Part shown: positions 10,190-20,110 of the stretch, one piece after another
Layout: every line of letters starts with the position of its first letter
How positions within the stretch are numbered: position 1 is the stretch's first letter
Assembly (NCBI GenBank): GCA_963816275.1
Contig: CAWFJU010000005.1
Span: 157,900-221,899 of the forward strand
Length of the DNA: 64,000 nucleotides
From: an uncultured Actinomycetes bacterium
GTDB taxonomy: Bacteria; Actinomycetota; UBA4738; HRBIN12
Reading direction: 5' to 3'
The notes under the pieces: generated by a model
Told to the model about the DNA's origin: nothing
What the model saw: only the letters and a program-made list of their open reading frames with translations
Databases searched by the model: none
Program-made: the position numbers and the translations under genes

Positions 10190-12010
10190 ATGAGGGCGGG
10201 TGAACGTCGACACCATAGGGGGCGGGCGGTGGCCGTGGCCGCGTCGGCGGCGGTGGTCCTGCTCGCCGCGGCCGGCCCCCTGGCCCGGGCCCAGGACGCG
10301 GGCGATGCGTCCGCCACCGACGCGCCCATCGTCCTGACCGTCGGGACCACCGTGGATCTCATCACCGACAACCCCTGGGCGGTGAGCGCCGGGAGCGACT
10401 GGTCGGTGGTGACGGCGCAGTACGACATGCTGCTGAAGTTCGACAGCGACTCCCTCTCGCCGGCCCCGAGCCTGGCGACGGGCTGCGAGCCGAACCGTGA
10501 CTCGACCGTCTGGACGTGCACGCTGCGCGACGGGCTGAAGTGGAGCGACGGCTCCCCGCTCACCTCGCGGGACGTGGCGTTCAGCTACCGCTTCGTGATC
10601 GACAACAAGATCCCGCAGTACCGGAGCTACTTCAAGTTCAACCCGACCTTCGAGACCCCCGACGACCACACGTTGATCTGGAGGAGCGAGCAACCGACCC
10701 TCGCGCCCGAGATGCCGCCCTGGGCGTACGTCGTGCCGGAGAAGGTCTGGGAGGGCGTCGACGGCAAGGGTCTCCAGGAGATCAAGGCGCAGCCGAACAC
10801 ACCGTCGATCGCGAGCGGCCCCTTCGTGCTCACCGAGTGGAACCAGGGTCAAGGCTGGACGATGGAGAAGAACCCGTACTTCTGGGGCGAGGAGCCGACG
10901 GTCGACCGGATCGACTTCCGCGTGTACTCGAACCAAGAGGCGATGACCCAGGCGCTCCGCAACGGGGAGATCGACATCGCCGATGGGATCCGGCCTTCGC
11001 TCGTGAACTCCGTCGAGGGGATCGACGGCGTGACGGTGCAGGAGGTGGTCTCGGACTGGTGGCTGAACCTGGCGTTCAACTTCGGGGGGCAGGGCCCCGA
11101 CGCCGACCCGCTGCCCGCGCTGCACAACCTGACGGTCCGCACGGCGATCGCGATGGCGATCGACAAGCAGGCGATCGCGGACAAGGTCTATCAGGGAACC
11201 GCGACGCCGGGCGACACGATCATCCGGCCCGCGTCGGCGTTCTGGCATCTCGACATCCCCCCCGACGAGGAGTTCCCGTTCGATCCGCAGGCCGCCGCCG
11301 ACATGCTCGAGCAGGCGGGGTACGTCGACGGCGACGGCGACGGGGTCCGGGAGGACCCGACCACCGGCGAGCCGCTCAGTCTGACCGTGCCCGCGTCCCA
11401 AGACACGACCGGGGCGGTCGAGGCCGGACAGCTGATCGTCGGGTACCTGAAGGCGATCGGGATCGAGGTCGACCTCAAGCCGGTCACCGACGCGAAGATG
11501 AACGACTACTGGGGCGCCGGGAACTTCGATGCCTACATCTGGTACTGGAGCGGCGACCCCGATCCGAACTACCAGTTGTTCGTGTTCACCTCGGACCAGT
11601 GCGGTGCGTGGAGCGACGGCTGCTGGAAGGACCCGACCTTCGACGCGTTGTACGAGGAGCAGGGCCAGGAGTTCGATCGGGACGCGCGACAACACGTCGT
11701 CTTCGAGGCACAGCGTCGTGCGTACGAGCAGGTGCCGAGCGTCGTGCTCGCGTACCCCGGATGGGTCCAGGCCTACCGGAGCGATCGCTTCGAGGGATGG
11801 GTGCCGGCGCCCGGCGAGCACGGCTACCTGCTGCCGGGATACAACTACGATTCGCTGATCGCGGTGCACCCGGTCGCGACGTCCTCGGGCACGGCTCCCG
11901 GTTCGTCGGGTCCGCCGGGCTGGCTATGGCTCGTGGTGGTCGGGAGCATCGCGGCGATCTCGGTCTGGTTCCTTCGGCGCGGGCGCCGTCGCGAGCTCGA
12001 CGAGGCCTGA
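10190..12010 (+). CDS. ABC transporter substrate-binding protein, family 5 (peptide/nickel type) with a C-terminal membrane anchor
   Basis: 606-aa ORF. N-terminal signal (RRHHRGRAVAVAASAAVVLLAAAGPLARA), an SBP_bac_5-like body, and a C-terminal hydrophobic helix plus basic tail (PGWLWLVVVGSIAAISVWFLRRGRRRELDEA). Confidence 0.9.
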   Translation: MRAGERRHHRGRAVAVAASAAVVLLAAAGPLARAQDAGDASATDAPIVLTVGTTVDLITDNPWAVSAGSDWSVVTAQYDMLLKFDSDSLSPAPSLATGCEPNRDSTVWTCTLRDGLKWSDGSPLTSRDVAFSYRFVIDNKIPQYRSYFKFNPTFETPDDHTLIWRSEQPTLAPEMPPWAYVVPEKVWEGVDGKGLQEIKAQPNTPSIASGPFVLTEWNQGQGWTMEKNPYFWGEEPTVDRIDFRVYSNQEAMTQALRNGEIDIADGIRPSLVNSVEGIDGVTVQEVVSDWWLNLAFNFGGQGPDADPLPALHNLTVRTAIAMAIDKQAIADKVYQGTATPGDTIIRPASAFWHLDIPPDEEFPFDPQAAADMLEQAGYVDGDGDGVREDPTTGEPLSLTVPASQDTTGAVEAGQLIVGYLKAIGIEVDLKPVTDAKMNDYWGAGNFDAYIWYWSGDPDPNYQLFVFTSDQCGAWSDGCWKDPTFDALYEEQGQEFDRDARQHVVFEAQRRAYEQVPSVVLAYPGWVQAYRSDRFEGWVPAPGEHGYLLPGYNYDSLIAVHPVATSSGTAPGSSGPPGWLWLVVVGSIAAISVWFLRRGRRRELDEA

Positions 12011-12036
12011 GCGAGAGAGGCTGAGGGGACCGACGG

Positions 12037-13002
12037 GTGGGTGCGCGCCGCTACTTGCTGAGCAAGTTCTTGCAGGCTCTCGCGACGCTCCTGTTCGTGC
12101 TGACGTTCAACTTCTTCTTGTTCCGCGTGCTGCCCGGTGACCCGATCGGACTGCTCGCCCGGAGCCAGCGGCTGACCGAGGCCGACATCGCCGAGCAGCG
12201 AGCCACCCTCGGGCTGGATCAGCCGCTCCCGGAGCAGTACGTTACGTACGTCCGCCAGACCATGAGCGGGAACCTCGGCGTCTCGCTGCGCACCGCTCGC
12301 CCGGTTTGGGACATCATCGGTTCGCGACTCCACCCCACGCTCCTGCTGGTCGGACTCGGGACGCTGTTCGCGAGCGTCCTCGGCATCCTGATCGGGATCA
12401 AGGGAGGCTGGGAACGAGGCAGCCGATTCGACACCTCCACCCTGTACGGCTCGCTCGTCCTGTACTCGGTGCCCGAGGGCTGGCTCGGCATGCTCCTGCT
12501 GATCACGTTCTCCGGCATCCTCGGGTGGTTCCCCGCGGGCGGGTTCGGATCGGGCGACACCACGGGGATCACGCGCGTCGTCGACATCGCGAACCACCTG
12601 TTCCTGCCGGTGCTGACGCTCACGCTCGGCTACATCGGGGAGTACGCGATCATCATGCGCTCGTCGATGGTCGACACGGTCAACGAGGACTTCGTCACGA
12701 TCGCCCGCGCCAAGGGCGTCCCCGACCCGATGATCCGCAAGAACCACGTCGTGCCGAACGCCTTCCTGCCGACCTTCACGCTGATCTTCCTGAGCCTGGG
12801 GTTCGTGCTCGGTGGTGCCGTGGTGGTCGAGACGGTGTTCTCGTGGCCGGGGATCGGGCTCCTCACGTACAACGCGATCCAGACGCTCGACTACCCGGTG
12901 ATCCAGGGTGTCTTCCTGCTGTCGAGCGCCGCGGTGATCATCTGCAACCTGGTGGCAGACGTCATGTACGGCTACATGGACCCGCGCGTGCGGGAGGCCT
13001 GA
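12037..13002 (+). CDS. ABC transporter permease (DppB/OppB-like)
   Basis: 321-aa ORF starting RRYLLSKFLQALATLLFVLTFNFFLFRVLPGDP, with the typical BPD_transp_1 layout. It lies directly downstream of the SBP. Confidence 0.9.
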   Translation: MGARRYLLSKFLQALATLLFVLTFNFFLFRVLPGDPIGLLARSQRLTEADIAEQRATLGLDQPLPEQYVTYVRQTMSGNLGVSLRTARPVWDIIGSRLHPTLLLVGLGTLFASVLGILIGIKGGWERGSRFDTSTLYGSLVLYSVPEGWLGMLLLITFSGILGWFPAGGFGSGDTTGITRVVDIANHLFLPVLTLTLGYIGEYAIIMRSSMVDTVNEDFVTIARAKGVPDPMIRKNHVVPNAFLPTFTLIFLSLGFVLGGAVVVETVFSWPGIGLLTYNAIQTLDYPVIQGVFLLSSAAVIICNLVADVMYGYMDPRVREA

Positions 13003-13003
13003 G

Positions 13004-13924
13004 ATGGCGTCGGCCGAGCCCACCGTTGAACACCGGTCCGCGCGATCCCTGATCTGGGGGCGCCGCCGCGCCGCGATGCGCGAGCACTGGCGGACGTTCA
13101 TGCGGAACCGCCAGGGCCGGATCGGACTCTACGTGCTCGGGTTCTTCATCCTGGTCGCGATCGTCGGGCCGTTCCTGGTGCCGGCATCCTCGATCGACCC
13201 CGCCACGGCGCCCGGGGTGCCGCTCCAGCCGCCCTCGCTCGCCTACCCGCTGGGGACCGACAACTTCGGACGATCCGTGCTCTCGCTCATGATCGTCGGC
13301 ACGCGGATCTCGCTCGTCGTGGGATTCACGGCCGCCTTCGGCGCGATCTTGATCGGCGCGTCCGTGGGCGTGACGGCGGGCTACTTCGGGGGCACGAAGA
13401 TCGACACCGCGCTGAACGCCTTCACGAACTGGTTCCTGGTGATCCCCTGGATCGCCCTCGCGATCGCCCTCGCCTCGATCCTCGGCCCGACCTTGTTCAA
13501 CGTGATCCTCGTGATCGCGGTCACGTCGTGGGCGAGCACGGCCCGGCTCGTTCGATCGCAGGCACTCAGCATCAAGGAACGTCCCTTCATCGAACGATCG
13601 CGCGCGCTGGGCGGCGGACACTGGCATCTGATCACGCGCCATCTGCTGCCGAACGTGTTCCCGGTGCTGTTCGCGAACGCGGTGCTCATGGTGGCCCTCG
13701 CGATCCTGTCGGAGACGACGCTCGCGATCCTCGGGCTCGGCGATCCGAACGCGATGTCGTGGGGCCGGATCATCGAGGAGGCGTTCACGGCGGGCGCGCT
13801 CTCGGCCGGCTGGTGGTGGTGGCTGATCCCACCCGGGCTCGCGATCGTGGCGGTCACGCTGTCGTTCACGATGGTCGGCTACGCGCTCGACGAGGTGCTG
13901 AGCCCGCGCCTGCGCGAGCGTTGA
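13004..13924 (+). CDS. ABC transporter permease (DppC/OppC-like)
   Basis: 306-aa ORF, 1 nt after the previous stop. Contains PLGTDNFGRSVLS and an EAA-like loop (SRALGGGHWHLITRHLLPN). Confidence 0.9.
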   Translation: MASAEPTVEHRSARSLIWGRRRAAMREHWRTFMRNRQGRIGLYVLGFFILVAIVGPFLVPASSIDPATAPGVPLQPPSLAYPLGTDNFGRSVLSLMIVGTRISLVVGFTAAFGAILIGASVGVTAGYFGGTKIDTALNAFTNWFLVIPWIALAIALASILGPTLFNVILVIAVTSWASTARLVRSQALSIKERPFIERSRALGGGHWHLITRHLLPNVFPVLFANAVLMVALAILSETTLAILGLGDPNAMSWGRIIEEAFTAGALSAGWWWWLIPPGLAIVAVTLSFTMVGYALDEVLSPRLRER

Positions 13925-14012
13925 CGCGGTTGCGCCCGCCGCCCATCGACCGGGCTCGAGCCCGGTGCTACGGTCGTTCCGCGCGCTGCCCGAGGGAAGG
14001 AGCCGAACCCCG

Positions 14013-14459
14013 ATGACCGAAGGCGTGTTCACCGTCTCGATCGCCGCCCCGCCGGAGAAGGTGTGGCCGTGGATCTCCGACCTCTCGACACACCACCAGT
14101 GGTCGCCGAAGCCCTACCGGGTCGAGTGGACCTCCGGCGAACCCAACCAGGTAGGGAGCCGCTACCGCTCCGTGGGCGCGATCCCGATGGACAAGGACCA
14201 CCAGAACGAGGGCGAGATCACCGAGCGGGTCGAGGAGAAGCGGTTCGCGCTGGAGGCCCACGACAAGGAAACCGACTGCCGCAACGTGTTCGAGCTGACC
14301 GCAGGGCCCGACGGCACGACCACCGTCACGCACACGCTCACGTTCTTGAAGGTGCGGGGGGTGGCGGCGGTCATGGTGCCGATCATCTTCCCGCTCGTCG
14401 GGAAGGCCGACGTCCGCAAGCGCATGCAGCTCCTGAAGGAGCAGGTGGAGGGGTCGTAG
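14013..14459 (+). CDS. SRPBCC-family (polyketide cyclase/dehydrase-like) protein
   Basis: The ATG at 14013 is preceded by GGGAAGGAG. The sequence MTEGVFTVSIAAPPEKVWPWISDLSTHHQWSP is typical of SRPBCC proteins. Confidence 0.8.
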   Translation: MTEGVFTVSIAAPPEKVWPWISDLSTHHQWSPKPYRVEWTSGEPNQVGSRYRSVGAIPMDKDHQNEGEITERVEEKRFALEAHDKETDCRNVFELTAGPDGTTTVTHTLTFLKVRGVAAVMVPIIFPLVGKADVRKRMQLLKEQVEGS

Positions 14460-14464
14460 GGCGA

Positions 14465-16099
14465 TCAGACGCGGTGGACGATCTCGCCGTCCACCACCGT
14501 GGCGTCCACGTGGACGTCGAGGATCCGGCGGGGATCAGCGCCGAGCGCGAACAGGTCCTCGGAGAGCAGCACCAGGTCGGCCTGCTTGCCGACCGCGATC
14601 GACCCGCGGCGGTCCTCGGCGAAGCACGCGTACGCCCCGCCCATCGTGTACGCCTCGACGGCGGTCGCCAGGTCGACGGTCTGCTCGGGGACCCACGGCT
14701 CGGACCCGTCGAGGTTCGCGCGCGTGAGCGCGCTGTAGATCCCGACCATCGGGTCCATCTCGGCGACGTTCCAGTCGCTCGAGAAGGTGAGGCGCGCGCC
14801 GGTTTCCCGGAGCGAGCGGAACGCCCACGCGTGGCGCCATCGCTCGGGACCGACGTTCACACGCCAGTCGGCCACGATCTCGGGCGCACAGTGGCGCGGC
14901 TGCATGCACGGCATCACGCCGAGCTGCCCGAACCGCGGCACGTCCTCGGGCGACAGGCACTCGGTGTGCACCATCAGGTGACGCCGGTCGCCCGGGCCGT
15001 TCGCTTCGCGGGCGGCCTCGATCGCGTCGAGCGCGGTGCGCAGGCCGCGATCGCCCGTCCCGTGGATGTGGCACTGGAACCCGCGCCGTTCGAGCTCGAT
15101 CAACAGCTCGGCGAACTCCTCGGGCTGCCAGAACAGCTCGCCGCGCTCCCCCGGCAGGTTCGCGTACGGCTCGAGCATCGCGGCCGTCCACGGCTCGATC
15201 ACGTCGTCGATGTACAGCTTGATCGGCGCCACGCGGAACCGGTCGTCGTCGAACCTGGCTCGCACCGCCACGAACTCGTCACGCTCGGCCTCGGTCGTCC
15301 CCACCGGATGGAACATCGCGGCCACGAGCCGGGACCGGAGCCGGCCCTCGGCCCGAGCCCGCTCGAAGATCCAGAGGTCGTCGGGTGAGTTCTGCGGTTC
15401 GACCACCGTCGTGATCCCGAGCTCGGTCGCCATGTCGAGGCTCTCCAGCGTCCGCTCGTACTGGAGGGACCGCTCGTAGCCCGGCACCACGCCCTCGAGC
15501 GCCGCCTGCCCCCGCCGCGAGATGCCCATCACCGCGAAGTCGCCCACGATGCCGGTCGGTTCACCGCTCCTCGGGTCCTTGCGCACGTGGCCCCAGGCGA
15601 GCGCATCGCTCTCCCGCGTGATCCCGAAGACGTCGAGCGCCTCGCGGTTGAGCCAGACGTTGTGCGCGTCATAGGTGTAGATGAAGGCCGGCCGGCCCCC
15701 CGTGAGTCCCTCGAGGTCGTACTGCGTCGGCATCCGCCCGTCGGGCATCGCCGAGTAGTTGAACCCCACGCCCTCGATCCACGCGTGTTCGGGATGGGCG
15801 GTCGAGTGCGCACGGATCCGCGCCTTCACCTCGTCGAGCGTGCCGGCGCCCGCGAGGTCGACCTCCAGCGGGTTCGAACCGAGCCGCACGTGGTTGTGCG
15901 TGTCGATGAATCCGGGGAGCACGGTGTGACCGCCGGCGTCGATCACCTCGGTATCGGGCCCGGCAAGGCCGCGCCCCGTCTCGTCGTCGCCCACCCACGA
16001 GATCCGCCCGTCGGTGACGGCCACGGCCTCGGCCGAGGGCATCGCGTCGTCCACCGTGTGGACCCGGGCGTTCACGAACAGGAGGTCGGGCGCCGTCAT
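14465..16099 (-). CDS. Amidohydrolase-family metal-dependent hydrolase (Amidohydro_3 type)
   Basis: C-terminal 544 aa of the 931-aa ORF 14465..17260, starting at ATG 16099 (MTAPDLLFVNARVHTVDD...LPGFIDTHNHV...HIHGTGD...FSSDW). Confidence 0.9.
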   Translation of the reverse strand: MTAPDLLFVNARVHTVDDAMPSAEAVAVTDGRISWVGDDETGRGLAGPDTEVIDAGGHTVLPGFIDTHNHVRLGSNPLEVDLAGAGTLDEVKARIRAHSTAHPEHAWIEGVGFNYSAMPDGRMPTQYDLEGLTGGRPAFIYTYDAHNVWLNREALDVFGITRESDALAWGHVRKDPRSGEPTGIVGDFAVMGISRRGQAALEGVVPGYERSLQYERTLESLDMATELGITTVVEPQNSPDDLWIFERARAEGRLRSRLVAAMFHPVGTTEAERDEFVAVRARFDDDRFRVAPIKLYIDDVIEPWTAAMLEPYANLPGERGELFWQPEEFAELLIELERRGFQCHIHGTGDRGLRTALDAIEAAREANGPGDRRHLMVHTECLSPEDVPRFGQLGVMPCMQPRHCAPEIVADWRVNVGPERWRHAWAFRSLRETGARLTFSSDWNVAEMDPMVGIYSALTRANLDGSEPWVPEQTVDLATAVEAYTMGGAYACFAEDRRGSIAVGKQADLVLLSEDLFALGADPRRILDVHVDATVVDGEIVHRV

Positions 16100-16110
16100 G
16101 GCGCCGAAGC

Positions 16111-17199
16111 CTACCCGGGCTCGAGCACGCGCGTGGCCAGCCGGTCGAAGGCCCGCGCCATCCGTCCGCGCGCCGGCAGGAGCTTCCCGTGGTCCTGCGC
16201 TCGTGGAACCGCTCGATCCAGCGGGAGCACGCCGAGCGGCTCCACCCCGAAGACCCTCGTCACGTCGGCCGCCGTGATCTCGGCGCGCGCGGCTCGGTTC
16301 ACGACCACGCCGATCGACCCGGGTGCCACGCCCGCCCTCGTCAGCGCGTCGATCGCGCGCTGTGCCGCGCGGAACGACAGTACGTCGAGCGAGATCACCT
16401 CCAGCACGCGATCGGCGACCGGGGCGACCGCGGGCACGGTGGACTCGAGCCCCCGGGGCAGGTGGACCACGACGGTATCGGCGACCGCCGCAACGGCGTC
16501 GACGAGCCGGGCCAGCGCGGCGGCCTCGACGGTCCCGGCCGCTTCGGCGGGCGGCGCGAGGAGCGCCCGGAACCCCGACGGGTGCTCCCAGAGCGCCTCG
16601 CCGATCCGATCCGCATCCAGCTCGTCCAGGAGCGGCACCAGGTCCGCCGCGGTGTGGACGTCGGCCGCCGGCGCGCCGATCGCGGGCGTGACGTCGCCGT
16701 ACGCGGGATCGGCGTCGACCAGCACGCAGTCGCCCCGGCGGGCGAACGCCGCCGCCAGGTGGGTCGCCACGAACGTGCATCCGGCACCGCCTCGGGGCGC
16801 GTGCACGGCCACCACGGTCGCCCGCCGCACCAGCTGATCGCCCCGCGCCACCGTCGATGCCGCCGCGTCGGCGAGCGCCGCCCGTTCCCCCGGCCACACG
16901 TAGAAGCCTCGCGCCCCGGCGCGGATCGCCGCCCGGAGCGAGGCCACCGATTCCCGGGTGTCGACGGCGAGGATCGCGCGCGCTTTGACCGCGCCGTTCG
17001 TGACGAGCGCCGGCTGGGCCACGACCGCGTCGGGCTCCAGCTGGCGCACCGCCTCGAGCAGCTGCCGGTCGTCGGCCGCGGTCGCCACGACCCTCGCCAC
17101 CCCGCTCCGGTCGAGGAAGTGCATGACCTCCTCGGCCACGTCGTGCTCCTCGAGCGCGAGCACCACCCTGGCCACGTTGTCCACGGACGCCTCCTGCAT
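16111..17199 (-). CDS. CpaE/TadZ/Ssd-like protein (receiver-like N-domain + ParA/MinD-type ATPase fold)
   Basis: 362 aa from ATG 17199 (MQEASVDNVARVVLALEE...). The ATPase-fold region has RGGAGCTFVATHLA where the deviant Walker A KGGxGKT is expected. It ends 11 nt before the amidohydrolase start. Confidence 0.7.
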   Translation of the reverse strand: MQEASVDNVARVVLALEEHDVAEEVMHFLDRSGVARVVATAADDRQLLEAVRQLEPDAVVAQPALVTNGAVKARAILAVDTRESVASLRAAIRAGARGFYVWPGERAALADAAASTVARGDQLVRRATVVAVHAPRGGAGCTFVATHLAAAFARRGDCVLVDADPAYGDVTPAIGAPAADVHTAADLVPLLDELDADRIGEALWEHPSGFRALLAPPAEAAGTVEAAALARLVDAVAAVADTVVVHLPRGLESTVPAVAPVADRVLEVISLDVLSFRAAQRAIDALTRAGVAPGSIGVVVNRAARAEITAADVTRVFGVEPLGVLPLDRAVPRAQDHGKLLPARGRMARAFDRLATRVLEPG

Positions 17200-17316
17200 C
17201 GGGAGGGGGAGGAGATCGGCCGACCCTAGCCGCGACCACCGACATCCGGCCGTCGCGCACCCGGCGTCCCTCGGCGCAACTGGTCCGTCATCGAGCCGGG
17301 GGCGTACCCTCCCCGC

Positions 17317-18549
17317 ATGCCGAACCCCGAGCGCGCCCACGCGCGCCGGACCTTCCCCGCGGTCGTGCTGGCCTTGGTGGCCGGGCTCGTGGCGCTCGTG
17401 CTCCTGTGGCCGGACGCGCAGTCCGATACGGTGCTCCGAGCCGCTGGAGCCGGGTCGGCGGACGGCGCGGGAACGACCCGGGCCACGGCTCAGCCCACCC
17501 CCGACTCGCCGCCGACGTATCTGGCGTGGACCCCGGGCGGGTTCACCCCGGGGCTCCGCGACCACGTCCGGACCGTCGACCGGCTCGCCGCGACCGTGGT
17601 CGTGGCCGGCGACACCCGATGGCTCACGGCCTCGCACGATGCGTCGGGCGCGGCCGTCGACCACCCGATACCGCCGGCGGCGATCCCGATCGATGCCTTC
17701 GCGGTGAACCCCGTCGAGTACGCGCCGTTCCTGCCGGCCGAGCTCCGTGACGAGATCACGGGGACCCTGACCGACGGCGAGGGCGTGCTCGGCGCCCGTT
17801 CGGCGAAGCTCCGGGGGCTCGGCGTGGGCGGCACCCTCACCTTCGGCCGACGGCAGGTCCGCGTCGGCGCCGTCGTCCCCGACGAGACGATCGGGTGGAG
17901 CGAGCTCCTCGTCTCCCGGCAGGTGGGCGAGCGGCTCGGCATCGTCGACGACCGCTACCTGCTCGCGCAGACCGCCGACACGATGACGGAGGGCGGGTGG
18001 GCCCGAGTGGTCGCGGGACTCCTGCCCAAGGGCACACCGATCCGGACCGTCGCCCCCGGCGGATCCCGTACATGCGCGTCGCGAGCGGGGTGAACCCGCC
18101 GATCGTCATGAAGCAACGCTTCGGAGAATTCGCCGCCCGCGTGAACCCCCAGGACCCGGCCTACCTCACGATCGATCCACGCTGGGTGAGCGCACCTGGC
18201 CACCCGGTCGGTGCCGCTGATCGGGCGCGTGACGTGCAACGTGGCGTTCTTCTCTCCGCTGGTGCGCGCCCTCCGCCAGGTCGTGCGCGAGGGCCTCGGG
18301 AGCCTGATCCACTCCACCGCAGGGTGCTTCAACGCCCGGACGGTGGCCCGCGACCCGACGGCGCCCCCCTCGAACCATGCGTACGGCGCCGCGATCGACC
18401 TCAACGCACCGGAGAACGCGTACGGGGCCACGCCCACGATGGACGAGCGCATCATCGCGATCTTCGAGCGATGGGGGTTCCGGTGGGGCGGGGACTTCCT
18501 GATCCCCGACGGGATGCACTTCGAGTACGGCACGCCGCCGTCGGGCTGA
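17317..18549 (+). pseudogene. Membrane-anchored protein with a C-terminal M15 (VanY-like D,D-carboxypeptidase) domain; two compensating frame shifts
   Basis: An N-terminal TM helix (FPAVVLALVAGLVALVLLW) lies in ORF 17317..18093. A middle piece (IPYMRVASGVNPPIVMKQRFGEFAARV...) lies in the frame of ORF 17895. The M15 motifs (SNHAYGAAIDLN, DGMHFEY) lie in ORF 18211..18549, which is back in the first frame. Junctions are near 18061 and 18205-18211. Confidence 0.75.
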
Positions 18550-18660
18550 GGCCCACCGGGCCGACCGGCCCCCCCGCGGCCCGGTCGTCCCGGGACCCCC
18601 GACCCGAGCACGTGGGGTGCCCCGGGCGCACGCTACCGGTGAGCACGAAGGAGGTGCGCC

Positions 18661-19293
18661 ATGGTCGGTACCGCGATGAAGGTCGACCTGAAGCGACAGT
18701 TGGGCGACCTGTATCGCGCGCACGCCGAACCCGCCCTGGTGGAGGTTCCGCCGATGCGATTCCTCATGATCGACGGACACGGTGACCCGAACGGATCGGC
18801 CACGTTCCAGGAAGCGGTGCAGGCCCTGTACGCGGTGTCCTACGGCCTGAAGTTCCGGGTCCGTGGGATGGAGCACGGCATCGAGTACGCCGTGATGCCG
18901 CTCGAGGGCCTCTGGTGGATCCCGAACGCGCGCGTGTGGGACTTCGACGACAAGTCCGACTGGGACTGGACCCTGATGATCATGCAGCCGGAGGTCATCA
19001 CCGACGAGCTCGTCCGCGAGATCCTCGACCAGACCGCGGCGAAGAAGGAGCTCGCGGCCCTCGACCGGCTGCGATCCGAGACGTTCGCCGAGGGCACGGC
19101 GGCCCAGGCGCTGCACACCGGCCCGTGGGAGGCCGAGCGCGCCACCCTCGAACGCCTGTACGCGTTCGTGAGGACCGCCGGCTACCTGCCCACCGGCAAG
19201 CACCACGAGATCTACCTGAGCGACCCCGCGCGCACCGCGCCCGAGCGCATGCGCACGATCGTCCGCCACCCGGTCTATCGCCGCGAGTCCTGA
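18661..19293 (+). CDS. GyrI-like small-molecule-binding domain protein
   Basis: 210-aa ORF. The sequence LVEVPPMRFLMIDGHGDP...YAVMPLEGLWW...HHEIYLSDPARTAPERMRTIVRHPV is typical of the GyrI-like family. Confidence 0.85.
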   Translation: MVGTAMKVDLKRQLGDLYRAHAEPALVEVPPMRFLMIDGHGDPNGSATFQEAVQALYAVSYGLKFRVRGMEHGIEYAVMPLEGLWWIPNARVWDFDDKSDWDWTLMIMQPEVITDELVREILDQTAAKKELAALDRLRSETFAEGTAAQALHTGPWEAERATLERLYAFVRTAGYLPTGKHHEIYLSDPARTAPERMRTIVRHPVYRRES

Positions 19294-19311
19294 CCTCGAT
19301 AGGCTCACTGC

Positions 19312-20076
19312 GTGTCCGGTGACGACGCGCCGCGCCTGTACGGGGACCTCGCGGGATGGTTCCACCTCCTCACGGCGCCCGCCGACTACGCGGCGGGCGC
19401 TGCGCATGCGATCGGCGTCTTCACCGAGGCGCTGGGCGGACCGCCGGCCACGATCCTCGAGCTCGGATCCGGAGGCGGCAACCACGCCTCGCACATGAAG
19501 GCGCACGCGGCCCTCACGCTGACCGACCTATCCCCGGCGATGCTGGAGGTCAGCCGCACGATCAACCCCGAGTGCGAGCACCTCGAGGGCGACATGCTGA
19601 CGCTCCGACTCGGGCGCACGTTCGACGCCGTGTTCGTCCACGACGCGATCTCGTACCTGACGACCGAGGACGACCTGTGTGCGGCGCTCGAGACCGCGTG
19701 GGTCCACCTGCGGCCCGGCGGCGCCGCGATCTTCGAGCCCGACCACGTGCGCGAGACGTACGCCGACGCGACCGAGCACGGCGGCCACGACGGCGGGCCG
19801 GGCGACGGTCGGTCACTCCGCTATCTGCAGTGGCGCTGGGATCCGGATCCGCGCGACGATCGGTATCTCGACGACTTCGCGTATCTGCTCCGCGAGGCGG
19901 ACGGCACGATCCGCGTCGTGCAGGACCGCCACCGGCTCGGGATGTTCCCGCGCGCCACTTGGTTCAGGCTGTTCGAGGAGGTCGGTTTCGCCGAGGCGAG
20001 GACCTGCGGCACCGGCTATGAGCACGACGACGTGGGCGCCGAAGGGCTCCTGGCCGTGAAGGGCAACATCCCGTAG
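19312..20076 (+). CDS. Class I SAM-dependent methyltransferase
   Basis: 254-aa ORF with a GTG start and motif I (ILELGSGGGNHASH...LTDLSPAML). Confidence 0.85.
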   Translation: MSGDDAPRLYGDLAGWFHLLTAPADYAAGAAHAIGVFTEALGGPPATILELGSGGGNHASHMKAHAALTLTDLSPAMLEVSRTINPECEHLEGDMLTLRLGRTFDAVFVHDAISYLTTEDDLCAALETAWVHLRPGGAAIFEPDHVRETYADATEHGGHDGGPGDGRSLRYLQWRWDPDPRDDRYLDDFAYLLREADGTIRVVQDRHRLGMFPRATWFRLFEEVGFAEARTCGTGYEHDDVGAEGLLAVKGNIP

Positions 20077-20110
20077 AGCGGCTGTCGGCGGGCCGGGGTA
20101 GGCTCGCCCG

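Noticed and set aside
14465-17260. A 931-aa ORF that looks like one giant gene.
   Set aside because: Only the C-terminal 544 aa (from ATG 16099) look like a protein, an amidohydrolase. The N-terminal part is Arg/Gly-rich nonsense in an alternate frame of the same-strand CpaE-like gene region.
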